Below are positions 11,573 to 22,770 of a DNA stretch of 64,000 nucleotides, piece after piece; the stretch's first letter is position 1, and every line of letters starts with the position of its first letter. The notes under the pieces are model-generated. The model saw only the letters and a program-made list of their open reading frames with translations, made no database searches and was not told the DNA's origin. This stretch comes from Histomonas meleagridis 2922-C6/04-290x (lineage: Eukaryota > Protista > Parabasalia), in contig JAANOX010000249.1 of the NCBI GenBank assembly GCA_020184695.1, forward strand, positions 1 through 64,000, given 5' to 3'. Made by a program: the position numbers and the translations under genes.

Positions 11573-12748
11573 TTATTCCCATTTTAATTGCATTTTAACC
11601 GATCTATTCCATACATAATCAAAATGTGCCTTTAGCTTATCTCTAAACTCTTTTGAGTCTGATCTAAAGTGCAACGAATAGAAATTACGCAAGAAATTCG
11701 TTGTGACTTGGCACGAAAACAAAAAGCCTTCTTTCTTCGTGATGAAGTAATGCGGGCCTTCGTAAGTCGAATTATACATCCTCATTTCGAACGTAGGGTA
11801 GCTCATCAAGCCGAAGTTGATGTATTCTAACTCGCAATCATCGGAAACAAGAATTTTAACTTTCGTCCGATTTGATGATACAAGTGCTCGAAGTTGGATA
11901 TAATATGAAAATAATTGCCCGCTATCAAGACGGTGTTGTTCGTAAGGGACAAGTGGTGTATATTTGGTGAAAATTAAGAGCTCATCTGGATATTGTGAAA
12001 AGAGATCTAAGATTACACTGGTAGTCCCCGCTCGCAATGGATAGGTTAGGTTGTCAGGAGTATGGTGGAAGTAAAAGGAGGAGTCGCCAACTAATGTAGG
12101 TTTATTGGCTGATGATGATGCATACATATATTGTGGAATAATGTCAGGTAATTGTCCGTTGAGACCTAACAAAAGGAATTCAATGAAACTTTTGACGTCA
12201 TTGGTGGCAACAGGGCATTTATGAAATGATAATACTGTGCCAATCTTGGGTTGGTATTGACTGAATAAAAGCGGTACTAGATAAACATCATCATCGATAA
12301 TAAGTGAGTCAAATTCAACATGCGCTTTTATGGTGGAATTGTTTTGATAATCATACATTGTATAAAAATCAATGCCATTTTCAATTAAATATTTCTCAAC
12401 ACCTCTATTGCCACTATTAAAAATAATAAGTTGAACATCAACTCCGCGATTATGAGCAGATTTAAAAACATCCACATATTTGATTAGAACTCTTTTCCAA
12501 TTTGTATATGTAATAGTAGCAATAACACGTGTTTGAGATTTGTTAATAAGGTCAATCATCATTTGATGTAATTCTTCAATGGTATTTGTAAAGTTAAGAG
12601 TGGGATGTGTTGGGCAATGTTCATGTGTTAATACATGCGCATTGTTATATGAGATCAAAAGAAATGTACCAAACAGAACTGTTGATGCCAGAAGAATAGA
12701 AATTTCGAAGATGAATGAAAACGAAGTGCAGGTTGGCATCTTTCTCAT
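11573..12748 (-). CDS. Phospholipase D superfamily (PLD3/4-like) type II membrane protein with degenerate HKD motifs
   Basis: 391 aa. N-terminal TM, SAHNRGVDVQLII, and C-terminal KLKAHFDYVW typical of the PLD fold. HKD positions read HVEFDSLIID and HYFITKKE. Confidence 0.6.
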   Translation of the reverse strand: MRKMPTCTSFSFIFEISILLASTVLFGTFLLISYNNAHVLTHEHCPTHPTLNFTNTIEELHQMMIDLINKSQTRVIATITYTNWKRVLIKYVDVFKSAHNRGVDVQLIIFNSGNRGVEKYLIENGIDFYTMYDYQNNSTIKAHVEFDSLIIDDDVYLVPLLFSQYQPKIGTVLSFHKCPVATNDVKSFIEFLLLGLNGQLPDIIPQYMYASSSANKPTLVGDSSFYFHHTPDNLTYPLRAGTTSVILDLFSQYPDELLIFTKYTPLVPYEQHRLDSGQLFSYYIQLRALVSSNRTKVKILVSDDCELEYINFGLMSYPTFEMRMYNSTYEGPHYFITKKEGFLFSCQVTTNFLRNFYSLHFRSDSKEFRDKLKAHFDYVWNRSVKMQLKWE

Positions 12749-13429
12749 TGTTTCTATTTTTGAATAGGTTTATTCGATTTTGTTTGAATGAAAAACGTTA
12801 AACAATTTTCCGATAAATCCAAAAACAGCCAAAAAGAAATTTGATTTAAATGATCTTTTTCGAAAATCTAGAACAAAACTTATATGTTTATCAATAAGAT
12901 TTGCTTCTATGAAATAAAAAAATGAAAGTTCTCGTCTAAAATAAAATCAGAAACATTAATGTTAACGAAACATAATGACTTTTTTCCAAAATATCAATGA
13001 TTTACTATGTAAGTCATAACAACAAAGCGTGGTCGAATGTTGTTTAGCATTTCTATTATTTTTGGTACTAATTTTTTTAAACAAAAAAACTTAACGTTTT
13101 TAAATACCATTGATTTTATATTCATCTTTTTCCTCGAAACAATGATATTATCTCCATTAAACAAGATATAAGAGAGCTTGATTTATTTTATATGTGTAAA
13201 ATATTTCTTTAATAAATAAATCAATGAAATTAAGTTGCCTTCAAAATATTTCAACGATTAAAATTAATCCAAAAAGCCAGATCCTGAAAATATTTGAATC
13301 GATTACTTTTTACATTATACGATGCCACTGTTTGTTTGACCAAATTATAATTTAAATTTTCTGGGGATATGACGATTGTTTCGCATTCATTTTATTCCAT
13401 CGTTCTCCCATAACACCCATAACATTGTA

Positions 13430-16400
13430 ATGGAAAAAATAAAAGAATTCATCTTTAATCTTATAGGAAACGAAAAAATTCAAATATCAGATAAATACGA
13501 TGAAAATCTTCGAATTTTGCAAGACCTTGAGAATATTATTTTTAATTTAAATCCTCAAAACATTGATGAATCAGTTCAATCTTCATTAAAATACATTACT
13601 AATGAATTCCATTACTCATTTATTTTCATTACTTGTAAAATTGTATATTCATATTTTCTTTCACAAGGTTCTTTAAAAATATGTTTCGAATATTTACAAA
13701 AATATGAAGCGGAAATTGGCACCAAAACAAATTACAAAGTTTTTGATGTGTTTGCACAATATCTCTTTTCTATTCAAAGTCAAGAATCAAATTATCTTAT
13801 TGAAAAGATGATTGAAAAGCAAATACTTAATTCTAAGTGTTACAAAAAGAAAACATCATTATATTTTGCGCATTTTGTTTCACTTGAAAAAATTAACAAA
13901 TTCGAACATGATCCATTTTATAAATCCTTTATTCAAAACATTACAAAACTTCAACAAAACGATTGGGAACTTCATAAGAAATTAGTTGAAGAAGGAATTA
14001 ATCCAAATGAAATTGCAAAAGCAATTCGATATGATGAAATTGAAAAGCTTCAAGAAATATCATCAGAAAATGATTTTGATTTTAACCAAACTATTAAACC
14101 ATCTCTTTATGAAAGATATTCATTCATTAATCAAGAAAATGTTTCATTGATTAATTATTCAGCATTTTTTGGATCGGTAAAATGTTTTAAATATTTATTA
14201 TTAAATAATTCTAAATTAACAGATACAGGGAAATATGCAATCGCAGGAGGAAATTTAGAGATAATTCATTTATGTGAACAAAATCATGTATTGTTTAAAA
14301 ATGATTATGAAATAATAATTGAATTCCATCGAAATGAAATCTTGAAATATTTTTTTGAAAAGAAATTAGAAGAAAATCAAACAAATGATTTAGAAGAATT
14401 AGGAAAGAAATGTATTTTATTTAATAATTTCAATACTTTTTCTTTTTTAATGGATAATGGAATGAAGATTGATGAGTCTCTTATCATAGAGTCAATTAAT
14501 ACAGGTAACATATTTCTTGCACAATATTTACTTGGAATAAATCCAATATCAATAAATTTCCCAAAGCTCACAATTATTTCATGGAATGATGAACTTTTTA
14601 GCTTCCTTGTGAATAATAAATATATTGATTTAAGTCAAAAGAGTATTTATTAACTTTGTTTTATATTTTTTTCATTAATTTAAAATATATTTAATTAATT
14701 TGAAAGTCTTTTTTTAAGTGCATCGCAAAAAGGATATGTAGGCTTGATACAATACCTACTTAAAGTAAGAGGTATTAATGTTAATTGTAAATATGTTTTT
14801 ATGTTTTGTTTAAAATTAATTTTGAGAATTTTGGATTTCAAAATAACATTTGGAAATTATTTAAATGATTTGAAACACCACTCATATTTGCAGCTTCAAG
14901 AGGTCATATAGAAATAGTTAAAATACTTCTTAATCAAAGAGGGATTAATATTAATGCTAAAGATATATATTTGTTTTATTTAATATTTGTTTTCACAATT
15001 TGATGGAAGTTTTTTATGATATTTAATTCAGCATTTTTATTGGCATCTTCAAGAGGATTCTTTAAAATAGTTAAATTACTCCTTGAAAAAAATGGAATTG
15101 AAATTAATGCTGCAAATTTTTATTTGTTTTATTTAATATTTGTTTTAATAATTTGATATCAAAAAATAATATATGGAAATTATATTATTTATTTATTACA
15201 CCACTTATCATTGCAGTAGAAAATAACAAGATAAACACAGTTAAATTACTTCTTGAACAAAAAGGAATTGATTTTAATGCGAAAGATAAAATTTAGTTTT
15301 ATAATTTGATATTTCAAAATAATATTTGGAAATTATTTAAAATATTTAAAACATCACTTATAAGAGCATCTGGAAATGGTAGCACAGAAATAGTTAAGTT
15401 ACTTCTTGATCAAGAAGGAATTAATATTAATGCTAAAGATAAAATTTAGTATTATAATATGATATTTCAAAAAAATATTTGGAAATTATTTTAAATATTT
15501 CAAACCGCACTTTTAAGCGCTTGTTATCATCAAAAAAATGAAACAATTAAATTACTAATTGAGCAAAAAGGAATTGATATTAATGCTAAAGATAAAATTT
15601 ATTTTAATAATTCCAAATTTTAAAAGAATATTTGGAAATTGTTTTAAATATTTTATACTGCACTTATGTATTCATGTCAATTTTGTAACATTGAAATAGT
15701 TAAATTACTTCTTGAACAAGAAGGAATTGATATTAATGCTAAAGATAAAATTTATTTTAATAATTTATTATTTCAAAACATTATTTGGAAATTATATAAA
15801 TTATTTAATACAGTACTTATGAAAGCATGTTATCGTGGTCATACAGAAATCGTTAAATTACTTCTTGAACAAGAAGGAATTGATATTAATGCTAAAGATA
15901 AAATTTATTTTAATAATTTATTATTTCAAAACATTATTTGGAAATTATATAAATTATTTAATACAGTACTTATGAAAGCATGTTATCGTGGTCATACAGA
16001 AATCGTTAAATTACTTCTTGAACAAGAAGGAATTGATATTAATGCTAAAGATATTCATTTGAATAATTTAATGTTTATTTTAATAATTTGATATTTCAAC
16101 ATAATATTTGGAAATTATTATAATTATTTAAATCCGTATTTATGTATCTAGATATGTATGATGTTAATTATCTAAAAATATTCAATTTACTTCTTGAACA
16201 TAAAGACATTGATAACAACACTAAAAAAATATATTTTATCAATTGTATATTTATTTTGATAATTTTGGATTTCAAAATGATATTTAGAAATTACTTACAA
16301 TATATGAAAAAGAACTTTTGAAAGCAACATCACTTGGTCATACAAAAATAGTTAAATTACTTCTTGAAAAAAAAGGAATTGATATTAATGCTAAAGATAT

Positions 16401-17369
16401 TTATTTGTTTTATTTGATATTTCAAAATAATATTTGGAAATTATTTAAATTATTTAAAACAGCACTTATTATTGCATCTTTAAAAGGTTTCATAGGAATT
16501 GTTGAATTACTTCTTGAACAAGAAGATATTGATGTTAATGCTCAAGATATTTATTTGTTTTATTTAATGTTTATTTTAATAATTTGATATTTCAAAATAA
16601 TATTTGGAAATTATTTAAATTATTTAATACAGCACTTATAAAGGCATCTTATGTAGGCAAATTAGAAGTAGTTAAATTACTTGTTAAACATAAAGGAATT
16701 GATGTTAATGCAAAAAATTTTTGTTTGTTTTATTTGGAATTTATTTTATTTATTTTTTGTTTTATTATTATGTTTGGAAATTATTTAAATTATTTAGGAC
16801 AGCACTTATTTATGCATCTTACGATGGCTATATAGAGATAGTTAAATTACTTCTTGAACAAGAAGGAATTGATGTTAATGCCAAAACTAATATTTATATT
16901 AATAATTTGAAGTTTATAAGTAATATTTGGAAATTATTCAAATTATTTGACACGGCACTTATTAATGCATCTTGTAAAGGTCATATAGAAATAGTCAAAT
17001 TACTCCTTGAACAAGAAGGAATTAACATTAATGAAAAAGATATTTATTCATTTTATTTAATATTTAACTTAATAATATAAAATTCAAAAATAATGTTTGG
17101 AAATTATTCAAATTATTTGACACAGCAATTATGAAAGCATCTTTATTTGATAACACAGAAATCGTTAAATTACTTCTTGGACAAGAAGGAATTGATATTA
17201 ATGTAAAAGATATTTATTTGTTTTATTTAATATTTATTTTAATAATTCAATATTTCAAAATAAGATTTGGTAATTATTTAAAATATTTTGGACGGCACTT
17301 ATTATTGCAACTAGAAATGATTTCAAGGATATAATCAATTTGTTAAATGAACATGAAACTCATGAGTAA
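13430..17369 (+). CDS. DUF3447-ankyrin gene A, interrupted by 17 non-canonical intervening sequences
   Basis: N-terminal domain NEIAKAIRYD..YSAFFGSVKCFKYLL..YAIAGGNLEIIHLCEQ. First ORF stops at 14653. It is followed by 17 stop-free ankyrin cassettes (TALxxAxxxGHxEIVKLLLEQEGIDINAKD), the last ending at TAA 17367-17369. Confidence 0.85.
14645..17291 (+). repeat. Array A: alternating AT-rich intervening sequences and 90-nt ankyrin cassettes
   Basis: D-to-T gaps in order: 60,80,63,80,63,63,63,63,63,80,80,60,80,80,63,80,80 nt. Internal cassettes are 90 nt (one 96). Contains a perfect 153-nt tandem duplication at about 15699-16053. Confidence 0.92.
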
Positions 17370-17659
17370 AAATGTTGAAATTTTATGTGTGTGAGTGTTA
17401 CATGATTTACTTATTTGATTTCATATGCTTTCTAAAGCATCATGTTATTAATTAATCATAGAAGCTTCTCTTTAATAAAAATGAAATATTTAATTTTTTA
17501 AAATTCATATGTTATATATATATTATAAAGAAATTTTGAATTCTTCTTTTTCTTTCATGCTAAATATTTGGTTTATTAAAAACATTATAAAACAAAAATC
17601 ATTATTCAAACCAATAACTTTTTTAAACATATATAACATTAAATTCATTTTATCTTTTT

Positions 17660-18183
17660 TTATTTATATTTTGCAAAATCAAAAACCTGCATTACACCAT
17701 CATTTAAAAAAGATGAACATTCAACATAATCAAACGCATTAATTTCTTTAGCCAAATTTACTGCTTCATCTTTATCAATGCATTGAGCAGGTGATATGGA
17801 TTTTTTTAAATCTGATTTTGTCCCAATTAGCCGAATTTCTGGCTTCTGAGAAGCCTTTTTGATTGCTGGATACCATTTTGTTTTAATATTATCAAAAGAT
17901 AATTTGTCAACAATTGAAAAACAAAGCATAATAATATCTGTGTTTGAAATAGAAAACAGATAATTTTCTATGAAATAATCGATACCATCGGTATCCCATG
18001 GAGTTGATGAATACACAGAATTATTGATTTTGATAAACCCCCTATAGCTATTAAAAAACTCTTGAACAAAACTTGGGACTTCACCATAAACATACATGTA
18101 AATCAATAGAGTTTTTCCTGAGGAATGATCATTCCGCCAAGAAAAAAAAGGCGGATTTCTTGAGGGCGCTTTTTCGTGGGCAT
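17660..18183 (-). pseudogene. Rho/Rac-like small GTPase with a frameshift in the P-loop
   Basis: ATG 18183 reads MPTKKRPQEIRLFFLG. A different frame continues DHSSGKT..WDTDG..LCFSIVDKLSFDNIKTKW..LIGTKSDL..YVECSS. Removing 5 nt restores GDHSSGKT. No CAAX motif. Confidence 0.7.
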
Positions 18184-18300
18184 TCAATTTCGACTTTTTT
18201 TGAAGAGGTGTGGACAATGATTCATACTAATGATGGTGATTCATAAAATTAAACGAATTGGAATCGAACAAGTAAATGAAGTTGCTTTATTTCTTCACTT

Positions 18301-18386
18301 AAATATTTTTGAATGGAGAAAATGTAAACAAAACATACAAATATGCAGTTGCAGGCGGGAACTTAGAGATCATTCATCGCGAAAGA
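18301..18386 (+). pseudogene. Short DUF3447 gene remnant
   Basis: Translates to NGENVNKTYKYAVAGGNLEIIH, matching NGANVINTGKYAVAGGNEEIIH of gene C. No flanking ORF. Confidence 0.7.
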
Positions 18387-18755
18387 AAAAGGTTTTAATG
18401 AAATCTTAGGGTCAATTCAAAAACATGTAAACTCTCATTACAACAACGCTTGAACATAAATAAACAAAAGTATGAAAGAAATTACAAAAATTCTTTTCAA
18501 TTTTCAAATATGAAAATGGGAGTGTATTTGTTTTAACAACATAAAAAATGTGAACATAAGTTAAAAGTAAAAATAGAATTTTCAATTGATATTTAAAATA
18601 CAAATTTTCTTTTGTAATCAAATGCATGTGCATTAGCTTAAAATAACATGTTGTTATTAATAATTCCAATGAAAATAGGAATATTCAAGTGTTTTGTTTC
18701 TTCGGCCACAAATAAATTGAATACAATTTTCGGTTTTTGACTTCACCAAATTTTA

Positions 18756-21700
18756 ATGGAGAACGCATGTAATCAAATTTTACAGTTATGGGCACAAATG
18801 AGAGATAATTCAAACCCTGCTCTTGCACAAAATGCTTCTGGACAGTTTAGTCAAATTTTATCAAGTCCTGATTTAATTTATCCTTTGATATCAATAGTTG
18901 AAAATATTAAGGAAGAAGGCATACAATTATATGCTACAAATTTCATTTACATTTGGACTAAAAACCACTTTCTTGAAGCAGATAAAGAAAAATTGGCACA
19001 AATTTTACCAAAATATTTACAAATTGCTTGTACAATTCAAACTCCAAATTATCGTGAAAACATTTGTCAAGCAGCACTACTTATTGAAAGTCATATTAAA
19101 TTATCACCACAACCATTTTTCGATTTAATGAATACATTTTTCCAAAGCCAAAATACAATAGGCACCGGCTTCTTTTTAGCGTCTCTTTTACTTCCATTAT
19201 ATGAAGAAATATTTATTACAATTCCAGATTTCTTTATTAAAGTATTATCTGTTGCAGCTCAACTTTTGTCAGCAGATACAACAGATACAATAAATAACGT
19301 ATATAAATTTTTGATTACATTTTTTAGATTTCCAGATTTAGCCAAACAATTTTTTGATCAATTATCTTTTATTTCAGAAGGAATTCATAAGCGTTTCCAA
19401 TATCTATTTAATGTCAATCAAAACCCAAATGAAATATCTATATTCTTCCGTATGATATGTCGAAGTATTAAATGTTTACCAGAATTTGTTCATACATTTT
19501 TAGTTGATTTATTCCAAGTCACTATTCCTCTTTTGCTTAATAATCAATTAGATCCTATGATTCGTATTTCTGCCTTTACAATTTTTGAATATGCTGCTGA
19601 ATATGATGTCTCGTTACTTGCAGGAAACATTGAAGATTATATCAAACATTTCACTGAATTTTCTCTTGTTTTATGTCGAGAATCACCTGAAACTAATGAA
19701 TATGAAGCGCCAGCCAATTTCTTTGAGCTTGTTTCAAACGAGCTTGATGAAGAAACGGTTATTTCACTTTTTGTGCCAATCATTGAAATGTTAACGAACT
19801 CCAACGATCCATTTTCATATTTAGTTTCTATTATGATTATTGATTCTATATTTGTTTCAATTGAAGCAGAAGTGTTAGATATTTTTGATATTTTCGAACA
19901 ACTTGTTGGTAAATCATTAGTATCAGGGAATAAAGTCTTAATTGATAAATCATGTCAATTAATTGACAAATTTATATCAACTGATGAATCATTATCAGCA
20001 CAAATCATAGATATATTTGAAGGATTTTTATTACAAGTTATACCTATCTCTGATAATGCAATAACAACATTAACAAATCTTTATGATAATTCATCAAAAG
20101 AACCGAAAAATATCGAACAGACCCTGTCAATTATCTATGAACAATTTAAATCATCAAGTGATCCATATCGCATCGAAATATTATGTCAATTAATAGCACA
20201 AATCGTTTTAACCATATCTGATATTCAACCACAATATTATCAAGCGATTCAACCATATTTGTCACAACTGATTAAAATGGGTGAATCATCATATGCAGTT
20301 GCAATCCAAACGTATTGTTCCTTTGCACATAGTAATCCATTATTATTACGTAATGATTTAGAATCATTATGTACAATCATATTTAATGGATTATCAAATC
20401 CTAATAATCATAATTTAATATTAAAATGTTCGACGTCATTACAAATATTAATCGAAAATTATACAATAACAATATCGCCATTTATTAATCAATTTTTAAG
20501 TCGTTATATCCAATTATTTAATGAGGAAACACCAGATTTCTCAGAAGGAAAAGATTTAGATGATAATGAACAATACAATGAATATTTGAAGGTTTTAGCA
20601 ATTTATACTGAAATGAAAGGTCAAATATTATTAACAATAACAACGATCTTTAATTATTATATTGATCAATTCGCATCACAATATTTAGCAATTAAAAACC
20701 TTTTGCAAGTATCGATAACAAACGAAGAAATCAAAAATTATGCAATTCGTTCATTTTCCGAAGTAATTTCCGGGTTTAATAAAGCGAACATTGATTCGAC
20801 TGAATTAATACAAATCTTTTTTAAGTCAAATCAATGAAGTCGAATCAACAGAAGAACTTATAGATATATGGAATACAATGGTATTAATCATATCTAATTC
20901 CAACAAACAACTTTTACTTCAATGTGGAAATATTATTGTTGAACAAATTGTTATTGGACTTAAGTTAGAAAATCAATTTTATAAAGAGTCCAAAAAAAAG
21001 AATTTACTCAATCGTTATATAGTTACACCTTTAATGACGTCAATAATGCGATTTTTCCTTGAGATTGGTTATGATGGGAAACAATATGTCGAAACAATAT
21101 TGGCGTTAGTATTAAACATTGCGAATACCAAAAGTAAATATTGTAAAGGTCCTTCGTATAGAACAATTTCATTTCTTTTAACGATATTTCCAGAATATAA
21201 AAACAATTTATTTGAAGTTGCATTAACACAAAACATTTTAATGATTAAATCTTCGTATACTGATAATAGATCATGTTCATTTGACTCTATAAATTATTTG
21301 CTAAATGTTGAGCCGAATTTAATTGTTCAATGTTTACAAGTAATTAATGAATCGTTAAATGAAGTTATTAATAATGAATCTCATTACCCAAACGGTATGA
21401 TCGATTCTGCTGTAATGTTATGGTGTTCTATAGTTATGATATATCAATTACAACCACAAGAAAATGAATTCGATAATATTTTGCAATTATTAAATACTAC
21501 ATCAAATTGCATTAATGTCAAATTCATCGCAAAGTTTTTGAGATTCGCTTGTGAAAAGTGGCCAATGAAATTTAACGCCGAAAATATGTTCGAGTTCGCG
21601 GCGGGTTTCTTCGCGTCTGATGATTACGTAATTAGAGCGACGGACAAGCAAGATATGGACTTCTTGGCACAGTTCATTGTGAACGCGTCAATAATGGACT

Positions 21701-21771
21701 TTCAAAGATTTGGGTTTAATGAATATAGGATATCTATGATCCAAAAACATTTAGGAATTTATAAACAGTAA
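18756..21771 (+). CDS. Importin-beta/karyopherin-like HEAT-repeat protein, split by a 1-nt frameshift at a T6 run (about 20817-20822)
   Basis: ORFs 18756-20837 and 20878-21771. With one T fewer the read continues IFLSQINEVESTEELIDIWNTMVL into ORF 2. Helical HEAT-like composition. Confidence 0.6.
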
Positions 21772-22770
21772 TATAATATTATTAATGTGATTTGGTGCAT
21801 AACGGTCGCTGCGTTCTGAATTGTTGATTTGGCTTTTTGTAAACTTTTTAAGCGTATTGTCAGAAAACGGTTTTGATACGATTTTGACATGAGCACACAA
21901 AAGTTGAATGACTTTTCATAGAAAGTTGGTTGTTTTTTGTCGTTTTCCCTTAAATTCCATTCAAATGTCAAGTCCTCACTTGTGAGCAAGTAAATGAAAT
22001 CTTCTCATGTCACCTAATGCTTCATGTGCGTGTCTTGACATCCAAAAAAATTTCGATGAAAACTCACATTTCACATTGAACAACAGTTGTTACACACATT
22101 TTTAATGAAAAATTTGAGGTTATTTGGAAAAGCCAAATCCAATCCCAATATTGTAAACGCATATACCAAATCGATGAAATATGATGGGTATTCTCAATTG
22201 ACGATAGTATTAATTCACATTGGCACTTTTATCCTCCTCGTAAATATCAGCAACAATGTTTTTATTCGAAATAAATATTATTTTAATTCTCTCACAGAAA
22301 ATAAAACAACGAACATGCATGTGCATAACGAAAGCATACATCATATGCCTATTGATCTGATAAAACACATAAGAAGTCAAATATTTTCACCTAAAATTCA
22401 AACAGCAAACAACATAAATCATTTCTCACAATTGGTTTCATTCAACAATTCTCTTGATAACAATGCAATATGCTTTTGGCACATCATTCCTCCAAAATTA
22501 GTAATTTCATATTTTTATTATAAAATGACTGTAATCTTTCATATCTTACATAATAGATATCATTTTAATGAAAGTCTTAAATGTTGTTTTTCAATGAATT
22601 TCAACAATAATATTCTTAAAAATCTACCAAAGATATTCAATGCATTAATTACTTCTGTAAATGAAAACATAAATTTGCTCTTATTTATATTTTTTGTTTT
22701 TACTTTCTTTTCCAGAATTTATTTTAATCGAAAAAGCATTCATCAAAAAATCAAAGTTATTCCGATTTTA

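Noticed and set aside
15288-15656. Stop-codon readthrough or an alternative genetic code
   Set aside because: This could explain only the 60/63/120-nt blocks. The 27 blocks of 40 or 80 nt shift the frame, and other genes use TAA/TAG/TGA as normal stops.
16399-16458. Matched TTT-to-TTT ribosome hop from the fourth codon after D
   Set aside because: It fits many blocks, but seven have a stop at codon 2 or 3 before that take-off site, and gene D blocks have AAT there. Bypassing with an earlier take-off remains possible.
14645-17291. Ankyrin blocks as canonical GT-AG spliceosomal introns
   Set aside because: No consistent GT at the 5' side, AG at the 3' side, or ACTAAC branch motif on either strand. 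Most blocks have very few G residues.
15666-17334. Short ORF-track entries in the ankyrin arrays (also 51180-51488) as separate genes
   Set aside because: They are cassettes read through into blocks (tails such as IYLFYLIFILII or WKLFKLF), not independent genes.
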